This document shows positions 22,901 through 30,624 of a stretch of DNA of 64,000 bases, one piece after another; within the stretch, counting starts at the first letter, position 1; each line of letters opens with the position of its first letter. The notes beneath the pieces were generated by a model that saw nothing but the letters and a program-made list of their open reading frames with translations, ran no database searches and was not told the origin of the DNA. The stretch spans positions 124,001 through 188,000 of the IMG/VR virus record IMGVR_UViG_3300049460_000128. One strand, 5' to 3'. A program made the position numbers and the translations under genes.

Positions 22901-24900
22901 ACAAGTCCAAGGTCACTACTCCTGCGAGTGCTGGTCTGCTGGTCCTGGATGGTAATCTGAATGACGGCTTGATCGTTGATACCAACAATCCGAATGACGC
23001 AATTGATGGTAATACCAATGACCCCTTCAACAAGACTTTCAACTACGAAGTTGCAAGCTTTGGTTATGGTTCGTCTGGTGTTATCCGTGACATTCGTTAC
23101 TTCCACAAGACCGCAACCACGAACACATATGACCTGGGCTATTTGAACACGTCAGTATCAGTCAGCCAGCTGCTGGTAACGGTGGCAGGTAACCGCGTAC
23201 AGTTCACAGTCAATAACGGCGTGGTGACAGTACCAAGCACGTTGCCTGACGGATTGGTGCAGATCGCTATATTGGACGCAAGCTCTAGTCGTTTCAATGC
23301 CGTGTCCACAAAACGTTTCGATGCAACGGCTATTGGTAACAACTCGTTAGCTCAATTGTACCCAGCATTGGTGGACCCAGCTCGTTGGCCAATTATGAAC
23401 AATTTCGTAATTGAAATTGATGGCTTCCGCGTGGCTCCAGAAATGTTCTATCAAGTGAACATCAACTCGTCGAATCGCATTCTGCGTATTGAGCGTGAAG
23501 TTGACATGAATACTCTGGATGTTCGTTTCAACGGTACACCAATTCAAGTTGGCACCCATTTGAAACGTCGTGTGACTATCAATGCGCAAGAACGTGAAGC
23601 AAACTTGGAACAAGGTGTTTCCATTGACTCGATCCACGTTACTGACGCACAGGGTAATGCTTTGATCGTTGGTGTATTGAACCCAAGCAACAGCATGATT
23701 GATCCTGAACATCCAGGTGTGATTGCTGCTGGCACTTACACACCCGCGAATGCAACATTGATCCTCGAAGCTGGCCACTTGATTCACATTGGTCCGATGA
23801 GTGCTAACCTTGATGTGTTTGTTGAGATCGATGGTTACATTCCACAAGACCTCACCTACTACTCATGGACGCCGTCAACTGCTCGCTTCGTGCAAGTCAA
23901 CGACGCGATTGTGAGCGTCAAGCCGGCTGACTTTGGTCTGCTGACTATTAGTGACAAGGCTATGGGGCAGATTGATATCATGGAACCAATTATCAACACG
24001 TTCTCACCAAGTGTAGTAACCATTACTGACTTCCAAGATGCACAATTGATGGGTGCGAAAACGTGGACATTCCGTACTGATGTTCAGGACTTCTTCCCAA
24101 TCAACGGCAAGCCAGTGAATGATGCTGCGGTATGGATCAACGTGAACGGTCGTCGTTTGGTTAATGGTATCGACTACAAGATAGTTGAAGTGGGTCGTCA
24201 AACTTGGAATGGTTTCACATGGGACAAGGACACCTGGGAGTCACTGGATCATGCCAACCAGGGCAATGTGATCTCTGGTAATCCAGCCTTTGATGAAATG
24301 GATTGGGATCCGTTTGGTAAGTTCGACAATCTGATCTTCGAGAAACAACTCAATGGTACTGACATTCTGTGGGATGATGAAAGCAACTACGATCTCGTGG
24401 AAGACACCAACTGGGGTATCAAACTGTTGGGTGAACATAACCTGAATGATCTCGTGGTCGCCACGGTGTTCACACAGCCACAAGCTTCATACGCACAGAC
24501 TTGGGAAATGTTTATCAAAGAACAAGTGGATCAATTATTCGATGCTACCAACTTCGATTACGAAGCATGGGATCACGACGAAGACTACACGGTTGTTCGT
24601 GAGATCACACTGTCCGATCATTACGAATTGGTTGCCAACATTGCCCACGACGACGCCGTATATTCGATTCGTCAAGCGGCTGGTCCGTTCACACGTGACA
24701 CTATCGAGGCACTCGATATTGAGAACAAGTTGTGGTTGGACCAAGAGTACGTGGTTGTGAGCGACCTTCAACCTGGAGCAGAAGCGGTTATCACTACTAC
24801 ACGTGGTGATTGCATCACGAGCAAGTTGCCACACACCACAGTTACGCCAGTTGTTGCTCCTCGAATAAAGGGTCCAGAAAGCCATTATATGCCACTATAA
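13912..24900 (+). CDS. giant baseplate/virion structural protein (gp7-like), 3662 aa
   Basis: Coupled to gp6 by TAATG; YINEVKPYHVKVR motif; internal CBM5/12-like module at 18112-18222. Confidence 0.7.
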   Translation: MTKRRFITQLPYVNQTSELRKFFSQTIDQVFQPGETQSINAFIGKKPSYYNAARDFYKPEISAERAFYQLEPAMTTTTSTDGSFDDLLFYPDVVNQLRFQGANTTNHSRLFNTDYYTWCPPVNIRKLDAYREYYWLPDGPPIQLYDVPVAGAYATYTGDGFNKTFKIPYQVSGLNDGIIVEINGVHVPITDYDIVDGNVVLHSLTTTTPNVPAPGVNDTVLIIGNSSYRTNGTLNSFLVPKIIPDSVEDMIVMIDDEVILNGFIWDGNLNDGLLADGNDPVGLIDGNIQVSYTITNGVLSFSEVVPAGHQVRIWMNAYFKQNIVGKSTYMYPVSAITYALETITEQYSDPSDPSIILTRRVLKKYPEKTLPLPPALTQDMRIQINDNEGLNTYQVNIVDGVIELQLVSELIAIDQHDPMYILIERNATNQNEWSTRNHWYNREVLIYGDSTYQPVQATRPILEYFNNVQLFNYGAYLRAPVDLVLDDTDIALINPSADGYSYDINMTYDGTKPYDTILVEGLLDSDLTIPAVTRDPVQEAIDGVAHLPLIHGTYIRPGTRILVTDNFDPSVKNNIAVARTYTLTTPYDPDEAAVVSNFDADNLWDSVEMLTFDIEQTHALDQVKLNGTTKQYWSTGAAWKEISYFVGQEPLFDLFDRNGISLSDTTTYPAATFAGSKIFTYERDATSALDTVLNLNVTRNKYGLIEFRDHLATDTWTYRNNTVQGYTYFGMSQINNAMASLTKRNNWYSAGTTSQTVNADGLYSIPTNLQANPANKEIEIIAPNDWKAQFNELLAGSNWNQSSDQFNLSLGSHIIQSRGTMLKTMLLSSDTNLDFIKAAIYNEHEYTRYRLKLVNLLKQYEIQTGLQDIPTALTDIMKQLKSAKTSDFPFYNNGVIGEYFIPASPAYLGMTSLWKPELILEIGRTGSIILIRGHDGSITPGASRFNTKTITMTQDTSGAYTLTDSMISDPSLQPTVDSKDLALLAFEQMYHDSTMTDLQVQRRPVFDIRTFTPSKFRTTEYTRDEYLSIARPIFERWVTKTSLRYRENTIYDENNKFTWNYRALTDIDGNAVPGFWRGMYQYYFDTDRPHTHPWEMLGFTSKPQWWDSAYSWTDATKRQALIDALTMGLVSSPTAIAEYDPTFARGAIMDPTTHAIIRHGIESFVPVDVNGKLLNPFECGIVVEDPYTDYSGDWEFGDQAPVEYQWASGVSRGFIETQLSYLMKPVKFLESNWETADEIEVNGYDWVSKTTGRRTQISDYMIHNEIVSNAAVRVLGLQTWLSDYLRSTGKDVTAYLGDRVRGLGVNLAHKLGGFIDAASLNTFTENTGLIPQEDVKTVTYNSPSIREEFYGGVIVQWTGRGWKVMGYDVVDPAFKILPVDPNGKKARVNLDDVQETSVNDWHQNTYYQISVVILYNGNTYRCLKTHTSAKGFEPQFWVVDNTVSHDTVTSLLFYGNHFTDVERVPYNTEFYSKQDVADFLSGYQAYLVSRGWVFDQYDNNQNTVLDWKYSTKEFLAWTQVRWSANTFIALSPAATQLKFASAHGTIQNVEQLVNGVYSLLGKTGQAIDKRNVSADRTDDGITVTVVNDAIYGLRVSVNEIEQAIVFHNKTIFNDVIYEPLFDVRQNRLRIITLLTTDWAGKLDAPGFIIADNQVLPSFEKQVEDLRNMYDIEKTINLPLRENAQHQIGYQNRTYLEQLMFNEVNQFEFYQGMIQQKGAPGVFNKLLRNDELTQSRNLSFLEEWAFRTGEYGGTDINSFFEVELTKADIQQDPQLVVFRQADSYWDLGDFDSEPTLPAGQCFEVGVPANVDPTKLSSMDPDDSVVELVSIKDVYDSRIIMPYNGTPFIFDKSYLPKKGGMPTAGYVRTDEATWMAPTIANFNKQILASPSNLSLSQRVWIYNTGLGDWAMYRASQASATGANQIVSIWPDAYGIKVVFAQPHNLAVGDMVYFNKLINAVQGPGGINVVNRTILEDTDLDAYSIIIDGDIISKHEYIDEDQPAVLKLFNVRQEVTDPAIITANALTMSQVLAAGVTLPAGGLLSNELLYLDLAPSVAIGLSSTVERWRVFIWDSIAQVFQKYRTQPQRVRSDLIRDVRIFDTTATRTKRTLNAYPLLNQDILIFDPIQGLIPGVANKEVMYKLESDPALYNVGPDVTEIGFDWGDTQVGQLWWDMSTTRFLEYATDDTTDDSVRITELHSLIDQQRATVGQLIAAWIPQPGQTTAYDDPSVMAAQAVLNQLFDQVTDRQSEIDREIKYRKDNWGGLAPNSSIDIYEWIRSDLSPSDYTAAATAGTNPDLYDGTVLNADDPKWVEATVWNELLGTDQTIYYFWVKGRKTIPSHKDFRSMSAASVASILTNPADAGLSWVAPIADNAFVITGVLETLNTTSSIQFKVATVDSEVPRHVEWEIMREGDERSVPTLQLWNKLTQSLTGRDYKGNSLPSESRYVTDRIGFDVEHGQSLFSNLTNARKHLVQYLNRLFSGILIVDERRDLSVLNVSDMDSQVLQWYQKQDSYFHQPLPDSRLYNRTFYTQADFEDYINSIVNNLNTVGLVSHSNREDSFWSVMVAESTTPQYNDDGSIIPSGTTLATLWDIEVDTMAELHALLPTVDVTKKVKVNGSDDTGGFATIWQSNSDRTAFNLVTTQQFKSTDLFDYVDWYATGYVATNPPILSFQNTIIRDEQLGTSPTTTFVKILDDGKGRWAWMQYTDGTWFTVAKQNGTIQLTDAVWKNTGNLLPAFATLPADFAAQVTGRDLGYELNAFLNGMRDYIMTSTEINNMFFSMVSYVHTEQSSIDWCFKTSFMYVTGYTEKLLQDPVAYVDRTSNLLEYINEVKPYHVKVRDFISKYGVQDTANTKVTDFDLPVYYDTRLSKFRTLNPSVASDVAIMKGGVWNDWYQQYLRNDNQFARKLNITIGRYEFDNTDGQIINETARLSVAESIRVRLFRRGDVGASPTMSQLQTTSTGVNLILDQVAPESGSIAVFADGLRVDPAVVTFDPYKSKVTTPASAGLLVLDGNLNDGLIVDTNNPNDAIDGNTNDPFNKTFNYEVASFGYGSSGVIRDIRYFHKTATTNTYDLGYLNTSVSVSQLLVTVAGNRVQFTVNNGVVTVPSTLPDGLVQIAILDASSSRFNAVSTKRFDATAIGNNSLAQLYPALVDPARWPIMNNFVIEIDGFRVAPEMFYQVNINSSNRILRIEREVDMNTLDVRFNGTPIQVGTHLKRRVTINAQEREANLEQGVSIDSIHVTDAQGNALIVGVLNPSNSMIDPEHPGVIAAGTYTPANATLILEAGHLIHIGPMSANLDVFVEIDGYIPQDLTYYSWTPSTARFVQVNDAIVSVKPADFGLLTISDKAMGQIDIMEPIINTFSPSVVTITDFQDAQLMGAKTWTFRTDVQDFFPINGKPVNDAAVWINVNGRRLVNGIDYKIVEVGRQTWNGFTWDKDTWESLDHANQGNVISGNPAFDEMDWDPFGKFDNLIFEKQLNGTDILWDDESNYDLVEDTNWGIKLLGEHNLNDLVVATVFTQPQASYAQTWEMFIKEQVDQLFDATNFDYEAWDHDEDYTVVREITLSDHYELVANIAHDDAVYSIRQAAGPFTRDTIEALDIENKLWLDQEYVVVSDLQPGAEAVITTTRGDCITSKLPHTTVTPVVAPRIKGPESHYMPL

Positions 24901-24903
24901 ATA
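24896..24903 (+). promoter_or_regulatory. T4-type late promoter TATAAATA
   Basis: Exact consensus, overlapping the stop codon of the giant gene. Confidence 0.65.
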
Positions 24904-24907
24904 GCTG

Positions 24908-25060
24908 ATGGATAAATATAACGACAAAAATGATGGCATAAGGGATGACCAGAACGTATACGTTACTGATCATCTCTCCATCCGCGATGTCGACACTGGC
25001 GTGGTTTTAACCAATCAGCAAGGGTCGACTCGAAATTATTCGGGAGACGTAAATGATTGA
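24908..25060 (+). CDS. small 50-aa protein resembling the N-terminus of the next gene
   Basis: Hand translation MDKYNDKNDGIRDDQNVYVTDHLSIRDVDTGVVLTNQQGSTRNYSGDVND; fills the intergenic gap and is too short for the ORF track. Confidence 0.7.
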   Translation: MDKYNDKNDGIRDDQNVYVTDHLSIRDVDTGVVLTNQQGSTRNYSGDVND

Positions 25061-25643
25061 TAAAACGCGACTGCAAGTTGAGGGTCATGTGATCATTCGT
25101 GACATCGATACGGGTGAGATTTTGGTTGACCAGCACAATGACATTCACAAAGAAAACTTTAGTGAAGCTTGTGCGTTGGCGTTGGCAAATTTCGACCGTG
25201 GTGTTATCGAAGAAATTCACTTTGGTAATGGCGGTTCGGTAGTTACCAGTACGGGTGAAATTACGTATGGTCTTCCACAAGTAACGGGGCAAAACGCAGA
25301 TCTCTATAATCCAACCTACTTCAAGGTGGTTAATGATCGCAGCTCAAGATTCTCATCAGATCCTATCAAGGTGAATGTGAAAACAAATCACATTTCAAGT
25401 ACCACATACACGGATATCGTGGTTACTTGCACACTTGACTATAGTGAACCATCTGACCAACAAGCATTCGATAATGCCACGACCATGGAAGGTCTGTACA
25501 TTTTCGATGAATTGGGTCTGAAGACCTATGATAGTGATACTGGCATCAAACGTCTGTTAACGCATGTGGTGTTTCACCCTGTACAAAAGGCTTTGAATCG
25601 AGCAATCGAGGTCGTTTATACGGTTCGCATCTCAATGATGTGA
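25053..25643 (+). CDS. virion structural protein (baseplate/fibre attachment-like)
   Basis: GHVIIRD...IHFGNGG...FDELGL...LLTHVVFHPVQK; GGAG SD; located in the tail module. Confidence 0.6.
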   Translation: MIDKTRLQVEGHVIIRDIDTGEILVDQHNDIHKENFSEACALALANFDRGVIEEIHFGNGGSVVTSTGEITYGLPQVTGQNADLYNPTYFKVVNDRSSRFSSDPIKVNVKTNHISSTTYTDIVVTCTLDYSEPSDQQAFDNATTMEGLYIFDELGLKTYDSDTGIKRLLTHVVFHPVQKALNRAIEVVYTVRISMM

Positions 25644-25654
25644 TAAATTCACCT

Positions 25655-25662
25655 TATAAATA
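25655..25662 (+). promoter_or_regulatory. T4-type late promoter TATAAATA
   Basis: Exact consensus in an AT-rich intergenic gap before 25695. Confidence 0.7.
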
Positions 25663-25694
25663 ACCATTAATTAATTTTCTTTCGGGGTTACACT

Positions 25695-26669
25695 ATGTCC
25701 AATTACGTTATTTCAACAGACGTTAACGGTTCCTTTGATGTACTTTCTGGCCTTGTCAATGACAATTTAACATCATTGAAACTCATTGGCCGTGGTGCTG
25801 CTGGCTACGGCTACGCAATTGCTGAAAATACCATCAAACAACTGCAAAATTTTGCAGGACCAAATTCACCTCTGACCCCACTTAAAGGTCAAATGTGGTT
25901 TGACTCATCAGTACAACAATTAAAGGTATACGTGAACAGCACTATCGGCTGGTCCGTTGTACCAAATGCCAACTCAGACTTGCTCGCAAGCTTTGTTACC
26001 AAAACCGACCTCTACGGTCCAGGTGGTAATGCTAGTGCTGGTCTGCCACCAAGCAAAGGTGGTACTGGCCTGACTACGGTCGGAGCTTCTGGCTATGTTC
26101 TCGCATCAAATGGCAACGGTGGCCTTATTTGGGCTGATCCGTCGACCCTTATCACAGGTTCGACTACTTTCTTGCGCCGTGACGCTTCTAGCAGCCCTAC
26201 AGTCGACAATGCCGTCGCTTTGGGTACGGCTTCGCTGCGCTTCTCTGAAGTCAATGCTCTGTTGTTCAAGGGTACTGCTGTCCAAGCACAATACGCCGAC
26301 ATTGCTGAGCGTTATGCCTCTGATTCAGTTATGAGTCCAGGCGATGTGGTTATGCTTGGTGGTGAAAACGAAATCACTCTTGCAGTCAAAGACAATAGCG
26401 TGTTTGGTGTAATCTCAACCAACCCTGCTGTGAAAATGAATGCTGATGCTGGCGATGATAACACTCACCCTTACGTGGCTTTGAGTGGTCGTGTACCAGT
26501 TAAGGTGGTTGGTAAAGTTAAGAAATTTGACCGTCTCTATGTTAGCGATACCCCGGGTGTTGCTTCCGCGAAAATGCCAAACTCTAATGCGGTGTGTATC
26601 GGCCGTGCTCTTGTGGCAAAAGACACAACGGAACAAGGCTTCGTCGAAGTCGCACTGGGAGCAAAATAA
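25695..26669 (+). CDS. short tail-fibre/baseplate protein with C-terminal intramolecular-chaperone-like domain
   Basis: N-terminal TSLKLIGR..GYG..IAEN..LQNFA..PLKGQMWFD module; C-terminal QYADIAERY...GVISTNP...VALSGRVPVKV. Confidence 0.65.
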   Translation: MSNYVISTDVNGSFDVLSGLVNDNLTSLKLIGRGAAGYGYAIAENTIKQLQNFAGPNSPLTPLKGQMWFDSSVQQLKVYVNSTIGWSVVPNANSDLLASFVTKTDLYGPGGNASAGLPPSKGGTGLTTVGASGYVLASNGNGGLIWADPSTLITGSTTFLRRDASSSPTVDNAVALGTASLRFSEVNALLFKGTAVQAQYADIAERYASDSVMSPGDVVMLGGENEITLAVKDNSVFGVISTNPAVKMNADAGDDNTHPYVALSGRVPVKVVGKVKKFDRLYVSDTPGVASAKMPNSNAVCIGRALVAKDTTEQGFVEVALGAK

Positions 26670-28780
26670 TGCCAGTATCAATTGGAACTAAAATCTCGGC
26701 CGCATTCTATAATGCGATCCAGACAATCATTGCGGGTATCTTGGGTCCATCTGGATACAATGGCACCGTTACGAGTTCGCAAGTAACTGCGGGTTCCGTT
26801 GATACAGCAGCTCAATGGAACAAACTCCGTACAGACATCAATGCGTGTCGGACTATTCAGGCAGGTACACCTTTCACATCCACGGAATTGCCAGTCATTT
26901 CACTCGGTGCATTGATCAAGGCATCTGATGTCAATCTCTACGAATCAACCGCCAACACGGTTTTTGCCAACTATGGTGGTAACCTGGTATTGGTCAACGG
27001 TGTATTCACTGACACTCGTACTACAACATGGACTGGTACAATCGATAACGAAGTTGTGGTTAGCTTTGCTGACCTCGCTACGGCAAATGGCTTCTTCCAG
27101 AACAGTGGTGAAGTGCGTCTGAATCTCAGTCAACCAACTAACAACAATGCACAAGATGCGTTGTGGGTTTCTAACCTGAGTAATGTTGGTACGATCTCGT
27201 TCACAAATACGGCGACTACCCGTAGCGGTACGGCTGGTATCCCGTTGGCAGTGGGTTGGTCAACCATGACATCCAACTACCAGATGATCTTCAATGGTAA
27301 CCGACTGCACTCTGGTTCATCATACACCTACGTGTCAGTTGATGATTTGTATGTCTATGCAAAATTGAATGCAAGTGGCAATGGCATCGTGATCAAAACG
27401 GTTATGACCAATGGTGATAATGGCACTATCTCGGCATCTACCTTGGCATCGTATGGTGTCAAGAAACGTGTGACTGATACTACTCCATCATTCGCATTCC
27501 TGGCAAGCAATAACTTCAATGCAGCAGTGGCTGGTTCGGGTACAACTCCAACCATTACCGCTTATACGGCATCTGGTACAACATCGTCTGCCACTACACT
27601 GAATATCACCAGTAATGTGGCTGGTTATGCATTTGCGGCCGTATTGCCAGCAGCCAGTGCCGCTCCAACGGTTGCTACTTGGCCGACCTTGCAGAACAAC
27701 ATCAACGTGGTTACCAATACGCCAACTACCTTGACTGTTCCTTTGGCTTCACCCAGCACTGCTTACAAGGTCTACACCTTCGTGGAAGATGCATTTGGTA
27801 ATGCATCAGCGGTATCAAGTGTATCTGTTACCTCTGCGAGTGGCACCGGTGTTACTGCGGCTACAATTGGACAATTCTTCAAGACAACGCCATATACGGG
27901 CTCTGGTCCTGGAAGCAATTTGAATGTGTCCAATAACATCGACTTGCTGAACAACCCAGGTTTCATGATCATGCGTAATCGTGGCAGCACTGCGAACACC
28001 TTCGTGGCACTGCAACAAAACGTGGTGAATATGCCAGGTAATCCAGCATTCAAAATGACTGGCCCTGCTGGTCCAATTGCACCGTTCTGCGGGTTCACAT
28101 CGACGGGCTTTACTGTCAACAATAGCTATGGCAATTCCGTGTTCGTAAGCGAAAATGCGCAGAACTATATCACGTGGTCATTCCGTAAATCGACCAATTT
28201 TGTTGATATCGTGACTTGGACTGGTGATGGTGCAGCAAGTCGTAATATTGCTCATACCTTGACCCAACAGCCTGGTTTGGTGTTGATTAAGGCAAATACA
28301 ACTGGTGAAATCTATGCATCGCACCGTGGTACAGGTGCAAACAATGGCTGCGCAATCACATTGACTACTGCATCTGCGGCAACAAGTACAACCGTTGCTT
28401 CGACTGCATTTAGTACGGGCACGTTTGACGTCCTGCATGGTACTGGTGGTCGTGATACCAATACGCTTGGTACAACCTATGTTGCATTCGTGTTCGCACA
28501 TGATCCATCCGCAGGCGGTGTAATTCAAACTGGTCTGGCGAGTGGTAATGGTTTGGTCTCGCTTGGTTGGACACCACAATTCATCCTGTGCAAATCAGTC
28601 AATGACTCAGGCGCATGGGTTGTTTACGATGCGTCACGTGGTATTGGCCCAACGTCGAATCCGCTTCCACTCAATAACACCACCGCTGAAACAACCACCG
28701 CGTCTATTCAGAATGGTACAAATGGATTCACGATTGCTGGTGCAACAACACCAATGATCTGGATGGCGATTAGACAGTAA
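26669..28780 (+). CDS. tail fibre / receptor-binding protein
   Basis: Start at the TAATG overlap (MPVSIGTK); very Ser/Thr/Gly/Ala-rich; C-terminal YTGSG...NYITWSF...DIVTWTGDG...YVAFVFAHD fibre-head module. Confidence 0.7.
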   Translation: MPVSIGTKISAAFYNAIQTIIAGILGPSGYNGTVTSSQVTAGSVDTAAQWNKLRTDINACRTIQAGTPFTSTELPVISLGALIKASDVNLYESTANTVFANYGGNLVLVNGVFTDTRTTTWTGTIDNEVVVSFADLATANGFFQNSGEVRLNLSQPTNNNAQDALWVSNLSNVGTISFTNTATTRSGTAGIPLAVGWSTMTSNYQMIFNGNRLHSGSSYTYVSVDDLYVYAKLNASGNGIVIKTVMTNGDNGTISASTLASYGVKKRVTDTTPSFAFLASNNFNAAVAGSGTTPTITAYTASGTTSSATTLNITSNVAGYAFAAVLPAASAAPTVATWPTLQNNINVVTNTPTTLTVPLASPSTAYKVYTFVEDAFGNASAVSSVSVTSASGTGVTAATIGQFFKTTPYTGSGPGSNLNVSNNIDLLNNPGFMIMRNRGSTANTFVALQQNVVNMPGNPAFKMTGPAGPIAPFCGFTSTGFTVNNSYGNSVFVSENAQNYITWSFRKSTNFVDIVTWTGDGAASRNIAHTLTQQPGLVLIKANTTGEIYASHRGTGANNGCAITLTTASAATSTTVASTAFSTGTFDVLHGTGGRDTNTLGTTYVAFVFAHDPSAGGVIQTGLASGNGLVSLGWTPQFILCKSVNDSGAWVVYDASRGIGPTSNPLPLNNTTAETTTASIQNGTNGFTIAGATTPMIWMAIRQ

Positions 28781-28800
28781 CAAGTCAACACGCAACAGCA

Positions 28801-28827
28801 AGGCACACCTAGGTGTGCCTTTTCTTT
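28801..28827 (+). terminator. intrinsic terminator
   Basis: AGGCACAC-CTAG-GTGTGCCT followed by TTTCTTT. Confidence 0.85.
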
Positions 28828-28839
28828 GATTTATTAATG

Positions 28840-28847
28840 ACTAAATA
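28840..28847 (+). promoter_or_regulatory. putative late promoter (ACTAAATA)
   Basis: Same octamer as at 3897; lies just after the terminator and before gene 28873. Confidence 0.55.
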
Positions 28848-28872
28848 ATCAACATTTTATACCATAAGAGCT

Positions 28873-29742
28873 ATGACAATTAATTCAGGTTCGCCGGCCG
28901 CCGCCGCATTTTACAATTCAATTCAGTCAACCGTTGCGACGGTGCTGGGAACTGGGGGATACTATCAAACTCCTGCTAGTTCGCAACGAGTGACTGGTTC
29001 GTCAGTTACCGCGCTAGCCTGGACTCAGCTCCAAACTGATATCAATAAATGCCAAACGCATCAAACTGGTGCCGCTTTCTCAAATGCCAATTTACCCTCG
29101 GTTGTTGCTGGCGCATCAGTCAAGGCCTCTGACTTGAATTTGTATGAGACACAAGCTGGTGTCATCAATACAAATCGATATACGGCCAACGTGGCTAATA
29201 TGACCCTGACATCCAGTACATTGTCGATCGCCCGCGGCAGTATCTGGGGTAGTGGCAGCACATCAATTACAGCCGCATTCCAGGCAGACTGGGGCACGGC
29301 AGCAACCATGGCCGCATTCTTCAACACTGGTGGTGAAGTACGTTGGGTACTGGCACACAATAATATCGCGGGCCCACAGGATTCAAGTTGGCAGTCCCTA
29401 TTGAGTAGTTTGGGCCCATTTGATATTCATGGTGGCTCAGTGAACACAACCACGTCCACCACTGTGAAATTCCCGTTCAATAGTTTGACTACAACCTATC
29501 AGACTATTTTCAGCAAGACGAACACCACTGCCAGCTATACCGCCAATACGATCACCATTCAGGCAAGAATTAATGCGGCAGGCACGGGCATTAACGTGTC
29601 TGTGGTCTTGCTAGACGGTCACACAAACGCTTTCTACGACCAAGTGAGCAGTGGCACTACGCTGACGTGTAGTCACCTCAAATCGACTGTGGTGATGACT
29701 GGTATTACTTCACCAACCTACTCAGTACTTACGGCCTTCTAA
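28873..29742 (+). CDS. virion structural protein, paralogue of the N-terminal domain of 26669
   Basis: Shared blocks AAFYN.IQ, W..L.TDIN.C...Q.G, KASD.NLYE, FF...GEVR. Confidence 0.7.
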   Translation: MTINSGSPAAAAFYNSIQSTVATVLGTGGYYQTPASSQRVTGSSVTALAWTQLQTDINKCQTHQTGAAFSNANLPSVVAGASVKASDLNLYETQAGVINTNRYTANVANMTLTSSTLSIARGSIWGSGSTSITAAFQADWGTAATMAAFFNTGGEVRWVLAHNNIAGPQDSSWQSLLSSLGPFDIHGGSVNTTTSTTVKFPFNSLTTTYQTIFSKTNTTASYTANTITIQARINAAGTGINVSVVLLDGHTNAFYDQVSSGTTLTCSHLKSTVVMTGITSPTYSVLTAF

Positions 29743-30224
29743 TGAGTCATGTGATTTTTATCCGCCACGGCGAGAGCCTGGGCAATGTAGACGGCTACTA
29801 TTACACGTTGCCTGATGTTGCAAATATCCTCAGTAGCAAGGGTGTGGATCAATGCGTTGAACTGAATAAGACCTTTAAGGATCAGCTTGAGCACGATTTC
29901 TACAAAACTGAAACAACTGTGATTCATAGTCGTTATCAACGCGCCAAAATTACAGCACAGATTGTCACCCACAAAAGTGGCATAATTATCCACAGTGAAG
30001 ATGCTCGTATCAATGAACAAGGGCATGACATATATGGAGTCGCGTCTGAATCTGAAGAGTCAGTTAAGACACGGGTTCGATCCATCATTGAACAATATCC
30101 ATTCAATCTGGTATTATTCACACACGGCATGCTCATGGGCGTTATTGACCCAGAACGTGGCGGTGCTCGCAATTGTGAATTACGCAAATACAGTAGAGAA
30201 GAAATCCTAGCCTTGTTGGCTTAA
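29742..30224 (+). CDS. histidine phosphatase (phosphoglycerate-mutase-like) family protein
   Basis: IRHGES, SRYQRA..TA, INEQ and FTHG motifs; TAATG-coupled to the preceding structural gene. Confidence 0.88.
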   Translation: MSHVIFIRHGESLGNVDGYYYTLPDVANILSSKGVDQCVELNKTFKDQLEHDFYKTETTVIHSRYQRAKITAQIVTHKSGIIIHSEDARINEQGHDIYGVASESEESVKTRVRSIIEQYPFNLVLFTHGMLMGVIDPERGGARNCELRKYSREEILALLA

Positions 30225-30276
30225 CTCATATTGAATCACAATCATAAGTAGTTCATAATATCCAAAAGGAGATTTT

Positions 30277-30624
30277 ATGGACACTAGATTGGAACAAGCA
30301 CTAGAATACGCAAACTACAAAGTCACGGTATTCCAACAAAAAGAAAACCTCAAATTGCGCCTCGACAACATGTTGACATACGCGCACAACGGTGGCATTT
30401 TCAAGATCTCAGATACTCTCATTTCATTCGTTGACTCATTGCTGCGTCGCGATGTCGTGGAAGTTGTTCTGATTGATCAACGTGGAAATCCCGTAAAGGT
30501 AGTTGATCTCAAGGCTTTCCAGGAAACCATCTTCAGTCTGTATTTTGAAGCAACGAATGAATACCAGACGGAATTTGATAAACTGCGCAAAGCACGCTCA
30601 GTCAAGCAGGTGACCGGCGTATGA
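30277..30624 (+). CDS. hypothetical protein
   Basis: AGGAG SD, 115 aa, ATGA overlap with the next gene; CATAAGTA late-promoter variant at 30243-30250. Confidence 0.8.
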   Translation: MDTRLEQALEYANYKVTVFQQKENLKLRLDNMLTYAHNGGIFKISDTLISFVDSLLRRDVVEVVLIDQRGNPVKVVDLKAFQETIFSLYFEATNEYQTEFDKLRKARSVKQVTGV

